Source: Gracilinanus agilis
Taxonomy: Eukaryota
Reading direction: 5' to 3'
Assembly (NCBI RefSeq): GCF_016433145.1
Contig: NC_058133.1
Location: 257,039,560 to 257,103,559 of the forward strand
Length of the DNA stretch: 64,000 nt
Under the pieces are notes generated by a model. The model did not search any database. It worked only from the letters and a program-made list of their open reading frames with translations, and was not told where the DNA came from. The first letter of the stretch is position 1, and every line of letters begins with the position of its first letter. The translations under genes were made by a program, and so were the position numbers. This document shows, piece by piece, positions 1-10,773 of this stretch.

Positions 1-425
1 AACCATGAGAAGAACTCAGGTCTATTGATTCCCATTATACCACACTGTCCCTAAGATAACTTCCTGAACCTTGCAATTCATATTCATCCACTAGTTTTTC
101 TACATCAAAGGGCCCTTTGGTCAGAATAGGATGTTGAAAGAAGGACAGAGGCAAAGGAGAAATCTATTTCTCTTTGCTTTTCTCTCAGGTTTGTTCTTGT
201 TATAATTGATGTGAGTAAAGGTCATCAAGTCCAACCTCTTCATTTTATAGATGAAGAAATTAAAAGTCAGAGAGATTAAGTGACTAGTCTACAGTCCATA
301 CATTAGTAAGTATCTCAGATAGGATTAGAACCCAAGTCTTCCTAACCCCAAGCCCAGCACTCTGTGCTACAACAAGACCAATACCTAATCCCGATCATAC
401 CCTCCTACTCCCAATTTCAACTCAC

Positions 426-3400
426 CAACTTCTGTCCTGGAGGTTCTGGTGTGCTTCTCCGGTCAATAAACATAGTGTCAATCTCATTACCATCACAGGC
501 CACCAGTTTGGCTCGGCGACCATTAAACTGAGAGACAAAGGGGGAAGTGTACTCAGTCTAGAGATGCCAGAGTTGAGGTAGTAAGGCTTGAGAATTGTTC
601 AGGAGAGAAGGGCAGGTCAAGAGTGCCTCACCTCTTCTACGAGCCGAGCCTGGCCCTGCATAAGCATGGGCATGAGGGCCTTCTGGAGCAAGTACACAGA
701 ACCAGGGTACAGCATCCTTCGCCCCAGAGTATGTGCAACAAAAAAACTATGAAAAAATATAGAGGAGACGTGCATGGGATTAATTCTATAGGAAGCACTC
801 TGAACCTCTGACTCTGAACACAATAAACTCCTAATCATTAGCAAGCTATATCCTTTCATGGAACAATTTGGAATAGCTTGGCCTATTATCTGGTAAAGCA
901 TCTAATGTTATTACCAAGTATCCTACCAGCATTCTTCTAACTTCATGAAATGGAAACCCTAATTAATTACCAAAAGGCATCCCTCTTCAAAAACCCAAAG
1001 TCTTACTCTTCCCATCAGTACACTCACCAAACAATCACATATTTTAAGATTCCCAGTCTCCCCCCAAACCAATCAACAGTCTCATCACAACTCCAGCACA
1101 TCCTCCATTACACAGGCCTGACTGAAAAGTAGGGAGTAATTAACTCCCAGCAGCCTATCTCATACATAAAAAATGAGAGAATGGAGCTAGGTCTCTAAAT
1201 TTTATGAACCCAGGTTTCCTCCTTCACAGAGAACCCCATTCCCCAATTCTCTACCTGGCAATCTGACAGGGAAGTTTCTTAACCCGGTTAAGGAAATTAT
1301 CAGCTGTCCCCCGATGTAGTGGTTCAGTTCGAAGCAGAGATACACCTCTGCGAGAGAGACCATGCTGAGAATCCTTCCTGAAGACAGGAGACATAGCAAG
1401 GAAGACACCAAACAGGTTTGGATCCAAGGTGCTAAGATGCCTGAACCCCTAATGGAAATGGTATCTGAGAAAGGGACATACTAAGAAGTGACTGAGAGGC
1501 AGGGGGCAAGGATGGATGGGAGAAATGGAGGTTAGAGGAGAGGAGGAGGCGGAGAGAAGACAGAGATGTAAAAGGGGAGGACAACTGAACCCCTAAGAAG
1601 TAGGTATGGGAAAGGAGAGTAAGGGACTCACCTGCTACTGGGGTCTTCCCAATGGAAGTCAACAGGCCAGCTCTTAAAATCAAAATTGTAAACAGCCAGT
1701 TGCCTCTATTGTTTTCAAGGGAAGAAAAAAAGGGAAGAAAATAATAAGCATCACCATCATTAATATCCTCTTAATTCTAAAATGGATGTTAGGTAGGTAT
1801 CTCAAATTCAGCAAGTCTAAAACCAAACTCATCATTCCCTGCTCCCCCAACCCACCTTCTTCCAAACTTTCCTGTTTTTCTTGAGGGCACCATCATCCTA
1901 CTAGTCATTCAAGGTTTGGCATTACATTCAACCCCTCACTCTCTCTCACGCTACATATCCAATCACTTGTCAAATCTTATTGTTTCAACCACCACAATTT
2001 CTTTCACTCAACCCTTCTCTCTACTCACAGTCACCAGTCTAGTTCAGGTCCCCATACCATCTCTTCTAAACTATTTTAAGGATTTTCTAGGTCTATCAAT
2101 TGGAGAATGACTGAACAAATTGTGGTACATGTTGGTGATGATTTCAGAAAAAACTGGAAAGATCTGCAGGAACTGATGCAAAGCGAAATAAGCAGAACCA
2201 GGAAAACATCGTATACAGTAACAGCAATATTATGGGATGATCATCTGTGAAAATTTGGCTATTCTCAGCAATGCAATAATCTGGGATAATACTGAAAGGC
2301 TTATGACAGGGAATGTTATCTACCTCCAGAGGAAGAACGGTTGGAGTCAGAGGAAGGTGGATCAAAGCATACTATCTTTCACTTTAATGTATTTATGGCT
2401 TTATTTTGGGTTTTGGTTTTATATGAGTTTTCTCTTACAACAATAACCAACATGGAAATATGTTGCATAATAGGGTTTTGCATAATAAAAATAAAATAAA
2501 CAAAAATAATTTAATTTTAAAAGGAGCTTTCTAATTGGTCTCTCTGCTTCTGGTCTATTCCCTTGCCATCTTACCAAAGTGGTTTTCCTAAATACTCTCT
2601 TAATTCTAAGTTAGATGTCATGTAGGTCTCAAACTCACTAAGTCTGATTGTATTGCTCCTCTACTCAATAATAAACCTGAATGGTTCCCTGTTACCTTTA
2701 AGATCAGATAAAAGCTGTTCTGTTGAACTTTGAAACCTATCTGTTCAACTAGATCAGTGATGGGCAATCTATTCCCCATGGGCCAGATCCAGGCCGTAGT
2801 TTGCCCATCACTGCCTTAAGCAGTTCTCTAATCACTACATCTGGATGTGGGGGTGTAGTGATTAGGGAATTGAACTAGATTAATACACTCCCTTTCCCAC
2901 TTTCTACCATCTAGACAAATTCTTTTTTTGGATATTCCTCACAATTTTGGAGTAGCAAAGTGGTGTAGTGGATACAGCAGTGAGTTTGGAATCAAGATGA
3001 CTCAATCTTCCTGAGTTCAAATCTAGCCTCAGACTTTTACTAGTTGTGTGGCCTTAGGCAAGTCTTAATTTAACCCTGTTTGCCTCAGTTTCTTCATCTA
3101 TAAAATGAGCTGGAGAAAGAAATGGTAAATCTCTCCAGTATTTTTGCCAAGAAAACTCTAAATGGAGTCACAATGAATCAGTCATGACTGAAATGAAATT
3201 ATCAGGAAAAACTGCCCTGATATCTTAGATCCAAAGGGAAAAAAAGAAACTGAAGAACTCCACCAATCACCTTTTTTTTTAAAAAAAAACCCTTAACTTT
3301 TGTGTATTGGCTCCTAGGTGGAAGAGTGGTAAGGGTGGGCAATGGGGGTCAAGTGACTTGCCCAGGGTCACACAGCTGGGAAGTGTCTGAGGTCATATTT

Positions 3401-6400
3401 GAACCTAGGACCTGCTGTCTCTAGACCTGACTCTCAGTCTGCTGAGCCACCCAGCTGCCCCCACCAATCACCTTCTGAAAGAAATCCTAAAATGAAAAGT
3501 CATAGGAATATTACAGACAAATTCTAAAGCTCACAGGTGGAAAAGAAAATACTTCAAGCAACCATAAAGAAACAATTCAAATATTATAGCGTTCCAACTG
3601 AGATCACACAAGATTTAGCACCTTTCCACATTAAAGGAGTAGAAGGTTTAGAATAGAAGGGAAAGGAGCTAGGATTACAACCATGAATCATGTACCCAGC
3701 AAAATAGTATAATTCTTCAGGGGAAAAAAATGAGTATTTAATGAAAGAGGATTTTCAAGCATTCCTGATGAAAAGATGAAAGCTAAATAGAAAATGTGAC
3801 ATCTAAACAGAAGATTCAAGAAAAGCATAAAAAAAGTAAACATGAAATAGTAGTCATAAGGGATCAATACAGTTAAAACTGTTTACATTCCTACATGGGA
3901 AGATGATACATGTAACTCCTAAGAACTTGATCATTATTAAGGTATGCGTGAATTATGTTGGAATGATCTCCAAAAAAGTAAAGGGGAAGAGAAGGGAAGG
4001 ATATACTGGGAGAAGGGAGAGGTAGAATGGCAAAAAAATTTCCTCACAAAAAAAAAGAGGTATGCAAGGTATACTAGGAAAAGCTTTTACAATAGAAGGG
4101 AAAAATTGGGGATGGCAGGCAATGCTTGAACCTCACTCATCTAAATTGGTTCAAAGAAAAAAGAACACACACACAGATACATACACACATACAAGTTGTA
4201 TATAGAAATAGGAAAGGAGGGGATAGGAGAAAAGGGGGGAGGGATTAAAAAAAGGGAGGGCAAATTTATGGAGGCATTTGGTTAGAAGCAAAATAGGCTT
4301 GAGGAAAAACAGGGCAAAAAGGGGAAAGAGGGGAGAAACAGAAGAAAATGGAATGAAGGAAAAAGCACAATGATCATAATTATGAATAGGAATTAGATGA
4401 GCCACCCCTAAAACAAAAGCAGAGAGAATGGATTAGAAACCAGAATCCAACTGTTTACAACACTTAAAACAGAAACACACACACAGAGTTAAAATAAAAG
4501 GCTGGAAAAAAATCTAATGTTTCAAATGAAATAAAAAAAGGTAGAGGTGGCAATTATAAACTCAGATAAAGCAAAAGCAAAAATAGACCTAATTAAAACA
4601 ATCAGGGAAACTACATTATGTTAAAAGACACCACAGATAGTGAAGTACTATCAAAAGATTTTATAGCAAAATTTTTACATGATAAAAGCTTCATTTCTCA
4701 AATATATGCCAAGTACAGAACTGAGCCAAATTTATGAAAATAAGAGTCATTCCCCAATTAATAAATGGTCAAAAGACAATTTTCAGAAGTAGTCAGAACT
4801 ATCTGTAGTCATATGAAAAAATGCTCTACATTACTACTGATTAAAGAAATATAAATTAAAGGTACTACTTTCACACCTATCAGAAATGACAAATGTTGGA
4901 GGGGTTAAGGGGAAAATAGGTATACTAATGAATTGCTGGTGGAGTAATGAAACTGGTGTTTCTAGAGAAACAATTTGGAACTATGCCCAAAGAGCTATAA
5001 AACTATGCATAACTTTTGATTCAGCAATATCCCTACTAGGTCTATATCCCAAAGAGATCAAAGACAAAAGAAAAAGACCTATATGTACAAAATTTTTTCT
5101 AACAGCTCTTTTTGCAGTGGCAAAGAATTGGAAACAGAGGAGATGCTCATCATTTGGGGAATGGTTGAACAAGTTAAGACATGATTGTGATGAAGTGCTA
5201 TTGTGCTAAAAGAAATGATAAGAGGGGTGGTCTTGGAAAAACATGGTAAGACCTATATGAACTGATGCAAAACAAAGTAAGAAGAATTAGGAGATCACTT
5301 CACATATTCACAACAATGTTGTAATGATGATCAACTGAAAGACTTGGCTACTCTGATCAATACAATGATCCAAAACAATTCTAAAAGATTTGTGATGAAA
5401 AAATGCTCTCCATCTCTAAAGAGAGAACTGATGAATTCTGAATATGAACTGAAGTAAAATTTTCTCACTTTATTTTCTTACTTTTTAAAAAAATAGGGTT
5501 AGTATGGAAATTTATTTTGCATGATTTCACATGCACAACTGGTATATAAACTGCTTACCTTCTAAGTGGATGTGAGTGGGAATGGGAGGAAAGAAGAGAA
5601 TTCAGGACTCAAAATTTAAAAAGAAAGGAATGTTAAAAATAAAGAAATAATAAATTAAAATGTTAAAAAAAAAGAATAAATGATTCTCCAGGTGTGATGA
5701 TGCAAACTTGTTATCTCTGGCACCTGGTTCATGAACTCTTGAGCTTGGAGTTCTAAATTGCAATAGGTGATAGTCAACTGTACTATTAGCCACCACAAGG
5801 GTGAGGGGGTAGGGTTTGGTACCACCACAATATGTAAAGATGAGTAAACTGACCCAGGTCAGATATATGGCATACTGTAATCAGTAGTGGGATTGAGCCC
5901 ATGACTGGCTCTTGTATTTCCATCCTGGTTACAAAAAGGAAATGAGGAAGAGGAGAGAGAAAGGAAGAAAAAAAGGATCCATTATAGGTAAGGTGAGGGG
6001 CAGGATAGGACAGACAGCAATATGCTAGGTAGATGGTATAATGGAAAGAACAATGTATCTGAAGTTAGAGGTCATGTGTTTGAATCCTAATTCTGTTCCT
6101 CATTAGCTGTGTGACTTTGGATAAGTCCCTCCACCTCTGATCTATAAAATGAAATCTACGAAATTAATTAGATGATCTTTAAAGTCTCTTCCAGCTCATA
6201 CTTTCTCCTTCTCTATTCTTATATGTCACCTAGGACCATACCTTATTCTCTAAGGAGTTATTCCTGTGAGTCTCTTCTAAAATGGTAATGAACTGGATAT
6301 AGTGGGGGTTGGTCCAACGGCCAATGCCTGAATGAGAGAATGTACAAAGAAAAAAATCTGTTAGTCTGAGAGAAAAGATGACTGGATTTTGAGAATAGGA

Positions 6401-6562
6401 GCTGAGACTATATAGAAAGAAAAGCAAAGTTAAAAGATAATGGATAGAAACCAAGAATTTCAAGATAAAAGTCTTGGTTCATGGGAAAATAAAGAGAAGC
6501 TGATCTTATCTCACCTTTTAGTTCTTTCCCACAAGTATTTCCTTCTTTCTGACTTCTTCAGA

Positions 6563-6601
<39 letters not shown>

Positions 6602-9600
6602 CCTCTCCCCCATGCTCAGGTCTCCCTTATCTTAATAATTCATGTGGCCCTACTTATGCTAGATTTCTTCTTCCTTTCACTGTCAAATTTCTTCCTCGAC
6701 TTGACTACTAAAAATTTGGGTTTTCTAATTTCTGTTTATAAGATTGCTGCTATCCTAGTTATTAGTACCAAAACCTCTTTGATGAATTTTTATCACTTCC
6801 CTTTGAAATGTCACTTGCATTCATCCATCTCACTCTCTTCTATTCCATCACTCCAATTCAAGTCTGCATCATCTCATCATTACAACAATCTTCTAACATC
6901 CCCCTTTAATTTATCACATTAATCTTCATAAAGTATTATTCTCATCATTAGTCTAATTAATAAAATCCAATCTGGACTTTCAAGGGCCTTGTATAATCTG
7001 ATCCCAACCTACTTTTCAGGCTTTATTTCACATCACTTCCCTAAAAACACTAATCAAACCAATATCCTCATTGTCTCCTAAATGTATCATTTACTATCTT
7101 ACCTCCAGTAATTCATATTTTTTCCTGGGAACTATGATGTCTTCTTCTATCTCTTCCATTTATCTAGATCCTTTCCATCCTCCAATTCAAGTTCTATCTT
7201 TTCTGAGAATCCTTAGTTAAAATCTCTAAACAATACCTTCATCATCTGTACCACTCATTTTACATTTATTATGAACTACCTTTTACTATTATCTTTTCTT
7301 TCACATATATTTTATCTCCCCAAATGAGCTCTAACTTCCATGAGGGAAGGATCTCACCTTGTGTTCCTCAGCATCTCTCTATCCTTCCCCTCCCCTGGCC
7401 TACCACAAGGGCTGAACAATAAATATCTGTCTTTTTTGGATCACTCACCTCGAAGACAGGCCACACCTGCTAGTAGGAGTAGCAATGTCCCAGCATAGTG
7501 AGAAAACGGCACCACCTTTGACATACATAAGTAACCTGAGAAGAAAAAAAGATCTGAGTTCAGGCTCTGCCTTCTTTGACTGCTCCTCCCCTCTCTCTTA
7601 AGGCTAACTTGGGACATTTGCTGGCCATTCTGGGGAGTATTACCCATATTTACTAACAGAAGGAACACCCTTCTACTCCCTGAGACAAGCTTCTCCATAC
7701 CACCCCAAACCCCACCCAACCATTTAACCCCACACTGACCTTTCCTGTACAAGTAGAAGAAAGCCAGAGGAGAGGTATAATAAGAGATGGACCAGAGGAC
7801 TGAGGCCTACAGTAGAGAAATAGACAATCAGCTTTTTTCTTTCACTTTGTTTTGACTATTCCCCCATTTCCAACTCTGGATTTTGACCAATCTGGAGTAA
7901 GTCAGGTATATACTACATTCCATACTATCAGGAAAAGAATGGTAGAACAGACCATGTTGGGAGCAGGGGGAAGAGGCTGAGTCGTGAGCTTTCTATATCA
8001 GAAAGTATGTTCCATTTTGCCAAAAATGCATTCTTCCTAGAATGATTAAAAATGGTGATGAGAAGGCTAAAAGATACTGTGCAAACTACCATACAGAGAA
8101 GTCAAAAAGTTGGAGGAAAGGAAAATAAGACATGGAGTAAAAGGGTAAAAAAGGTAGGGATAGAGAAGTGTATTGGGGGGGAAGTCAGCCAGCCTTAAGA
8201 ATATCATCTGCTCAAATTCAAATGGCAAAGCCTCTCTTTTTCTATCATTTGTTTGGGTCTTTTCCATCATTACTACTTGAAACCATTTCCATTCTGGTTC
8301 CCAAATGACAGTGTAAATGATGACATGGGAACCCTAGTGGAGGGAAGAACTGTCATAGAAACAAAAGATGCTTAGTGGCTGGAGGAGATAGATCTATGGG
8401 GACCATAGTATTCAGTACTTGGGGAAGGTCCCAACTGAGAGTAAACATGTTTTCCTCATGACCCAAGCTGTGCCCTGAGAAAACTGCATGGCATACCAGA
8501 AGGTGAGGAAGAACTCCTCAGCTGAGGCTCTAAACCATTTGCTCAGAACTTAATCAGGTATCTAGCCTGGGAAGGGGTTGATAGAGCATAAAAAGCAACT
8601 GGGTCTGGAGAGGAAAGTGTACAGAGGCCCAACTCACCATAGCCAGGATGCTGTCAGCATGTTTCTCCAGAGCCCGGGGCTGATAATAGGACTCCTGCAA
8701 AAATAGCCCAGTCAGGGACCTTTCTTCTACCATTTCACCCCCATTCCAGTCCATCCCACTTCTTTTCAGAGCCTCAGGCCCCTATTCTCCCATCCCACCC
8801 CTCAAGGAGCTCCACTCCTCTTTCGACTCCCAAGCAGAGGGTCTGCTCTTCCCCAGAGAAGACCCCTCAAGATCTGACTCCCCTTCTCTGTCACCCCAAT
8901 CCAAGGAAATAGGAAATAAAGAGATAAGACTGAAGAAAGCAAGGAATGACTTTTGACCCCTTTCACTGAAGTCTAGGGAATGGATGAAACCATGGGGGGG
9001 GGGGGACGAAGGGGGGACTAAAGGGAGAGTAAAAGATATCATGGAGAAAGCGGAGGCTTTTTATGAATTAAGAATATAGACTTTGGGAAAGCCTGAAAAT
9101 ATGGGCGAGATTGTAAAGAGACCGAGTGTCTGTAACAGTGAACGTAATTAGGGAATAGATATTAAAAATTCTCCCCCACTTCTGGAAATAGAATTGCCCT
9201 GTGGGGCTCTGTCCAGCTGAGCGGGAAGGAGGGGGCCACTGGGCAGAACCAACACTGCGATGGGGGGAGTGGTACCGATAAGTTAATTCAAGGAAATCAT
9301 TTTGAGAACGAAAAGTCGGAGTGGAATAAAGGAAAAACACTGAAACGGAATAGGACAAAGCGACAGCTCTAGCAGAGACATGCTGAATTTTAGGGCCTCT
9401 CCGTTTCCCATTTCTACAACATCCTTGCAGGGTCTTAGACCTCGTAGCACCTGGGGTCCGGCGTGAACATGACAATATAGATGGGTGGGGGTGGAGATGG
9501 AGGTGGGGGGGGGATGGGAGGGGGACACATTTAAAAAAGCAAACAAGACAAATGAGAAACAAGAGAGAAGTGAGTGGATGGATGGAAAGGGAGAAAGGAA

Positions 9601-9919
9601 GAAAGGCTCACACCTATAAGCACGTAAGTTACACAGGAAAGACCCAGGTGCGCAGTACTTGTGCGGAAATAGGCAGGCTAACAAGCTCCCCCCAATTCCA
9701 ACTATGGGTGCTTCCGGGGGGCAAAAGCAGCAACGGGTTTGGGCCATACCAAGACTCCAGCCGGGGGGGGAAGAAGGAGAGACTCACCCAGGAGCCAGCT
9801 GGGGAGGTGGTGATGGCAGCTGGCGTTCCGGGAACGCTAGCCTGGGCCCTTCCTGGGTCCCTCTCCCGATAGACCCGGTAGAGCCGGGGACCTAAGACGC
9901 AGCTCAGTAGCTTCGCCAT
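426..9919 (-). CDS. ABHD16A: Abhydrolase domain-containing 16A (BAT5, phosphatidylserine lipase), coding exons 1-9; gene continues past the left edge
   Basis: Exons, all GT-AG and in frame (843 nt): 9788-9919 (MAKLLSCVLGPRLY...SW), 8638-8694 (ESYYQPRALEKHADSILAM), 7740-7806 (ASVLWSISYYTSPLAFFYLYRK), 7449-7535 (GYLCMSKVVPFSHYAGTLLLLLAGVACLR), 6242-6327 (GIGRWTNPHY...ENK), 1632-1705 (RQLAVYNFDFKSWPVDFHWEDPSS), 1255-1377, 632-746 (FFVAHTLGRRMLYPGSVYLLQKAL...), 426-527 (FNGRRAKLVACDGNEIDTMFIDRR...). Matches recalled human ABHD16A. The ATG is 9919-9917; the track's 9922 start is a GTG. Confidence 0.97.
2096..2510 (+). mobile_element. L1 3'-end fragment
   Basis: Contains GGAAAGATCTGCAGGAACTGATGCAAAGCGAAATAAGCAGAACCAGG and an A-rich tail. 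Related copies lie near 5230-5640, 18670-19050 (minus), 22500-22915 and 57380-57680 (minus). Confidence 0.7.
2755..2813. mobile_element. 59-bp palindromic hAT-type MITE remnant
   Basis: Perfect 13-bp terminal inverted repeats CAGTGATGGGCAA / TTGCCCATCACTG. No matching 8-bp TSD. Confidence 0.55.
2955..3200 (+). mobile_element. MIR/MAR1-type CORE-SINE
   Basis: CORE motif TTTGCCTCAGTTTCTTCATCTATAAAATGAGCTGGAGAAAG. Similar copies at about 16437-16625(+), 19375-19560(-), 26755-27000(-). Confidence 0.75.
3200..5640 (+). mobile_element. Degenerate L1 (ORF1 3' part, ORF2 remnants, 3' UTR) in ABHD16A intron 5
   Basis: A-rich L1-like sequence; the remnant ETIWNYAQRAIKLCITFDSAISLLGLYPKEI resembles the L1 ORF2 C-terminus. 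Boundaries approximate. Confidence 0.75.
3274..3461 (-). mobile_element. Marsupial tRNA-derived SINE (SINE1_Mdo-like)
   Basis: Full-length copy with TSD CACCAATCACCTT (3261-3273 and 3462-3474). Confidence 0.85.
5687..5937 (+). pseudogene. Degenerate 7SL (SRP RNA)-derived retroposed copy
   Basis: Collinear matches to 7SL: CTTGAGC..GGAGTTCT, G.ACCACCA, GA.CCAGGTC.GA, ATCAGTAGTGGGATT G.GCC. Antisense within ABHD16A intron 5. Confidence 0.7.
6563..6601. repeat. (CTGT)n/(CT)n microsatellite
   Basis: Directly visible. Confidence 0.85.
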
Positions 9920-10080
9920 CACCCCGGCCCTAGCCGCTGCTCCTCCAGCGGCAGGTTACTCCCCACCCCCCCAGTGGCCCCGCCTTCTCCCTAGTCTCTT
10001 GGGTGTTACGTACTTCCTTACGTCACCACGTATAGTACTGGCGTCCCCCTTAATCGCTTGAGCCGGGACTTATTTATCAG
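9600..10080 (-). promoter_or_regulatory. ABHD16A CpG-rich promoter/exon 1 region
   Basis: CpG density is locally high. CRE/ATF-like TTACGTCA (10018-10025), ETS core ACTTCC (10012-10017) and a GC box lie just upstream of the ATG. Confidence 0.7.
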
Positions 10081-10573
10081 TTCTGGGAAGGATTTCACGC
10101 TACCTTATTTTTTCTGGGCACAGCTGACAAGGTAGAGAGGGAAGGTTTAGGAAAAGACCGGACTTGACAGCCAGGATTGAGCTTGGAGCCATTCAAATTC
10201 AGTAAGCAAAGTATTAAGTAGGGCTGTGTGCAAATCACTTTGCTATTGGCACTCTGATGGATACAAAATTTAGGTTAAGCCCGGCTGTGTACGAAGCACT
10301 TTACTAGATGCTGGGAAGGATACAAGGTTTAAATTAGCCCGGCACTGTGCAGAACTATTTGTTGCAAAGAATACAAACTTTAGATTAGGCACAGTTTCTG
10401 TTCTCAAGTACTCAGACATCCAACGCTTAGACTGCTCTTCCTTCTCACCTCCCCTTGAAACTCTCCTGTAGCCTTCAAGATTCAGCTCAAGTACCATCTT
10501 CTACAAGTGGTGTTTCCCACTTGGAGTAGATGAAATATTTGGTTCTACCGAAACATTTAAAAAGTAGTAGATA

Positions 10574-10773
10574 GGGGGCAGCTAGGTGGTTCAGTGGATA
10601 GAGAGGCAGGCCTAGAGACGGAAGGTCCTAGGTTCAAATCTGGCCTCAGACACTTTCTAGCCGTGTGACTCTGGACAAGTCACTTAACCCCCATTGCCTA
10701 GCACTTACTGCTCTTGTGCCTTAGAACCAATACACAGTATTGATTCTAAGAGGGAAGATAAAAAAAAAAAAAG
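10574..10773 (+). mobile_element. Marsupial tRNA-derived SINE (SINE1_Mdo-like)
   Basis: GGGGGCAGCTAGGTGGTTCAGTGG head, box B-like GGTTCAAATC, poly-A tail. Further copies at about 12760-12956(-), 15125-15310(+), 15882-16070(+), 20675-20870(+), 21670-21853(-), 22921-23110(+), 23955-24148(-). Confidence 0.85.

Noticed and set aside
6440-6922. 160-aa plus-strand ORF
   Set aside because: Built from a CT microsatellite and LINE2-like pyrimidine-rich sequence; low-complexity L/S/F composition.
9068-9895. Several overlapping 78-164 aa ORFs in ABHD16A exon 1/intron 1
   Set aside because: They lie in GC-rich promoter-proximal DNA where stops are scarce, or overlap the real exon 1. No recognisable homology.
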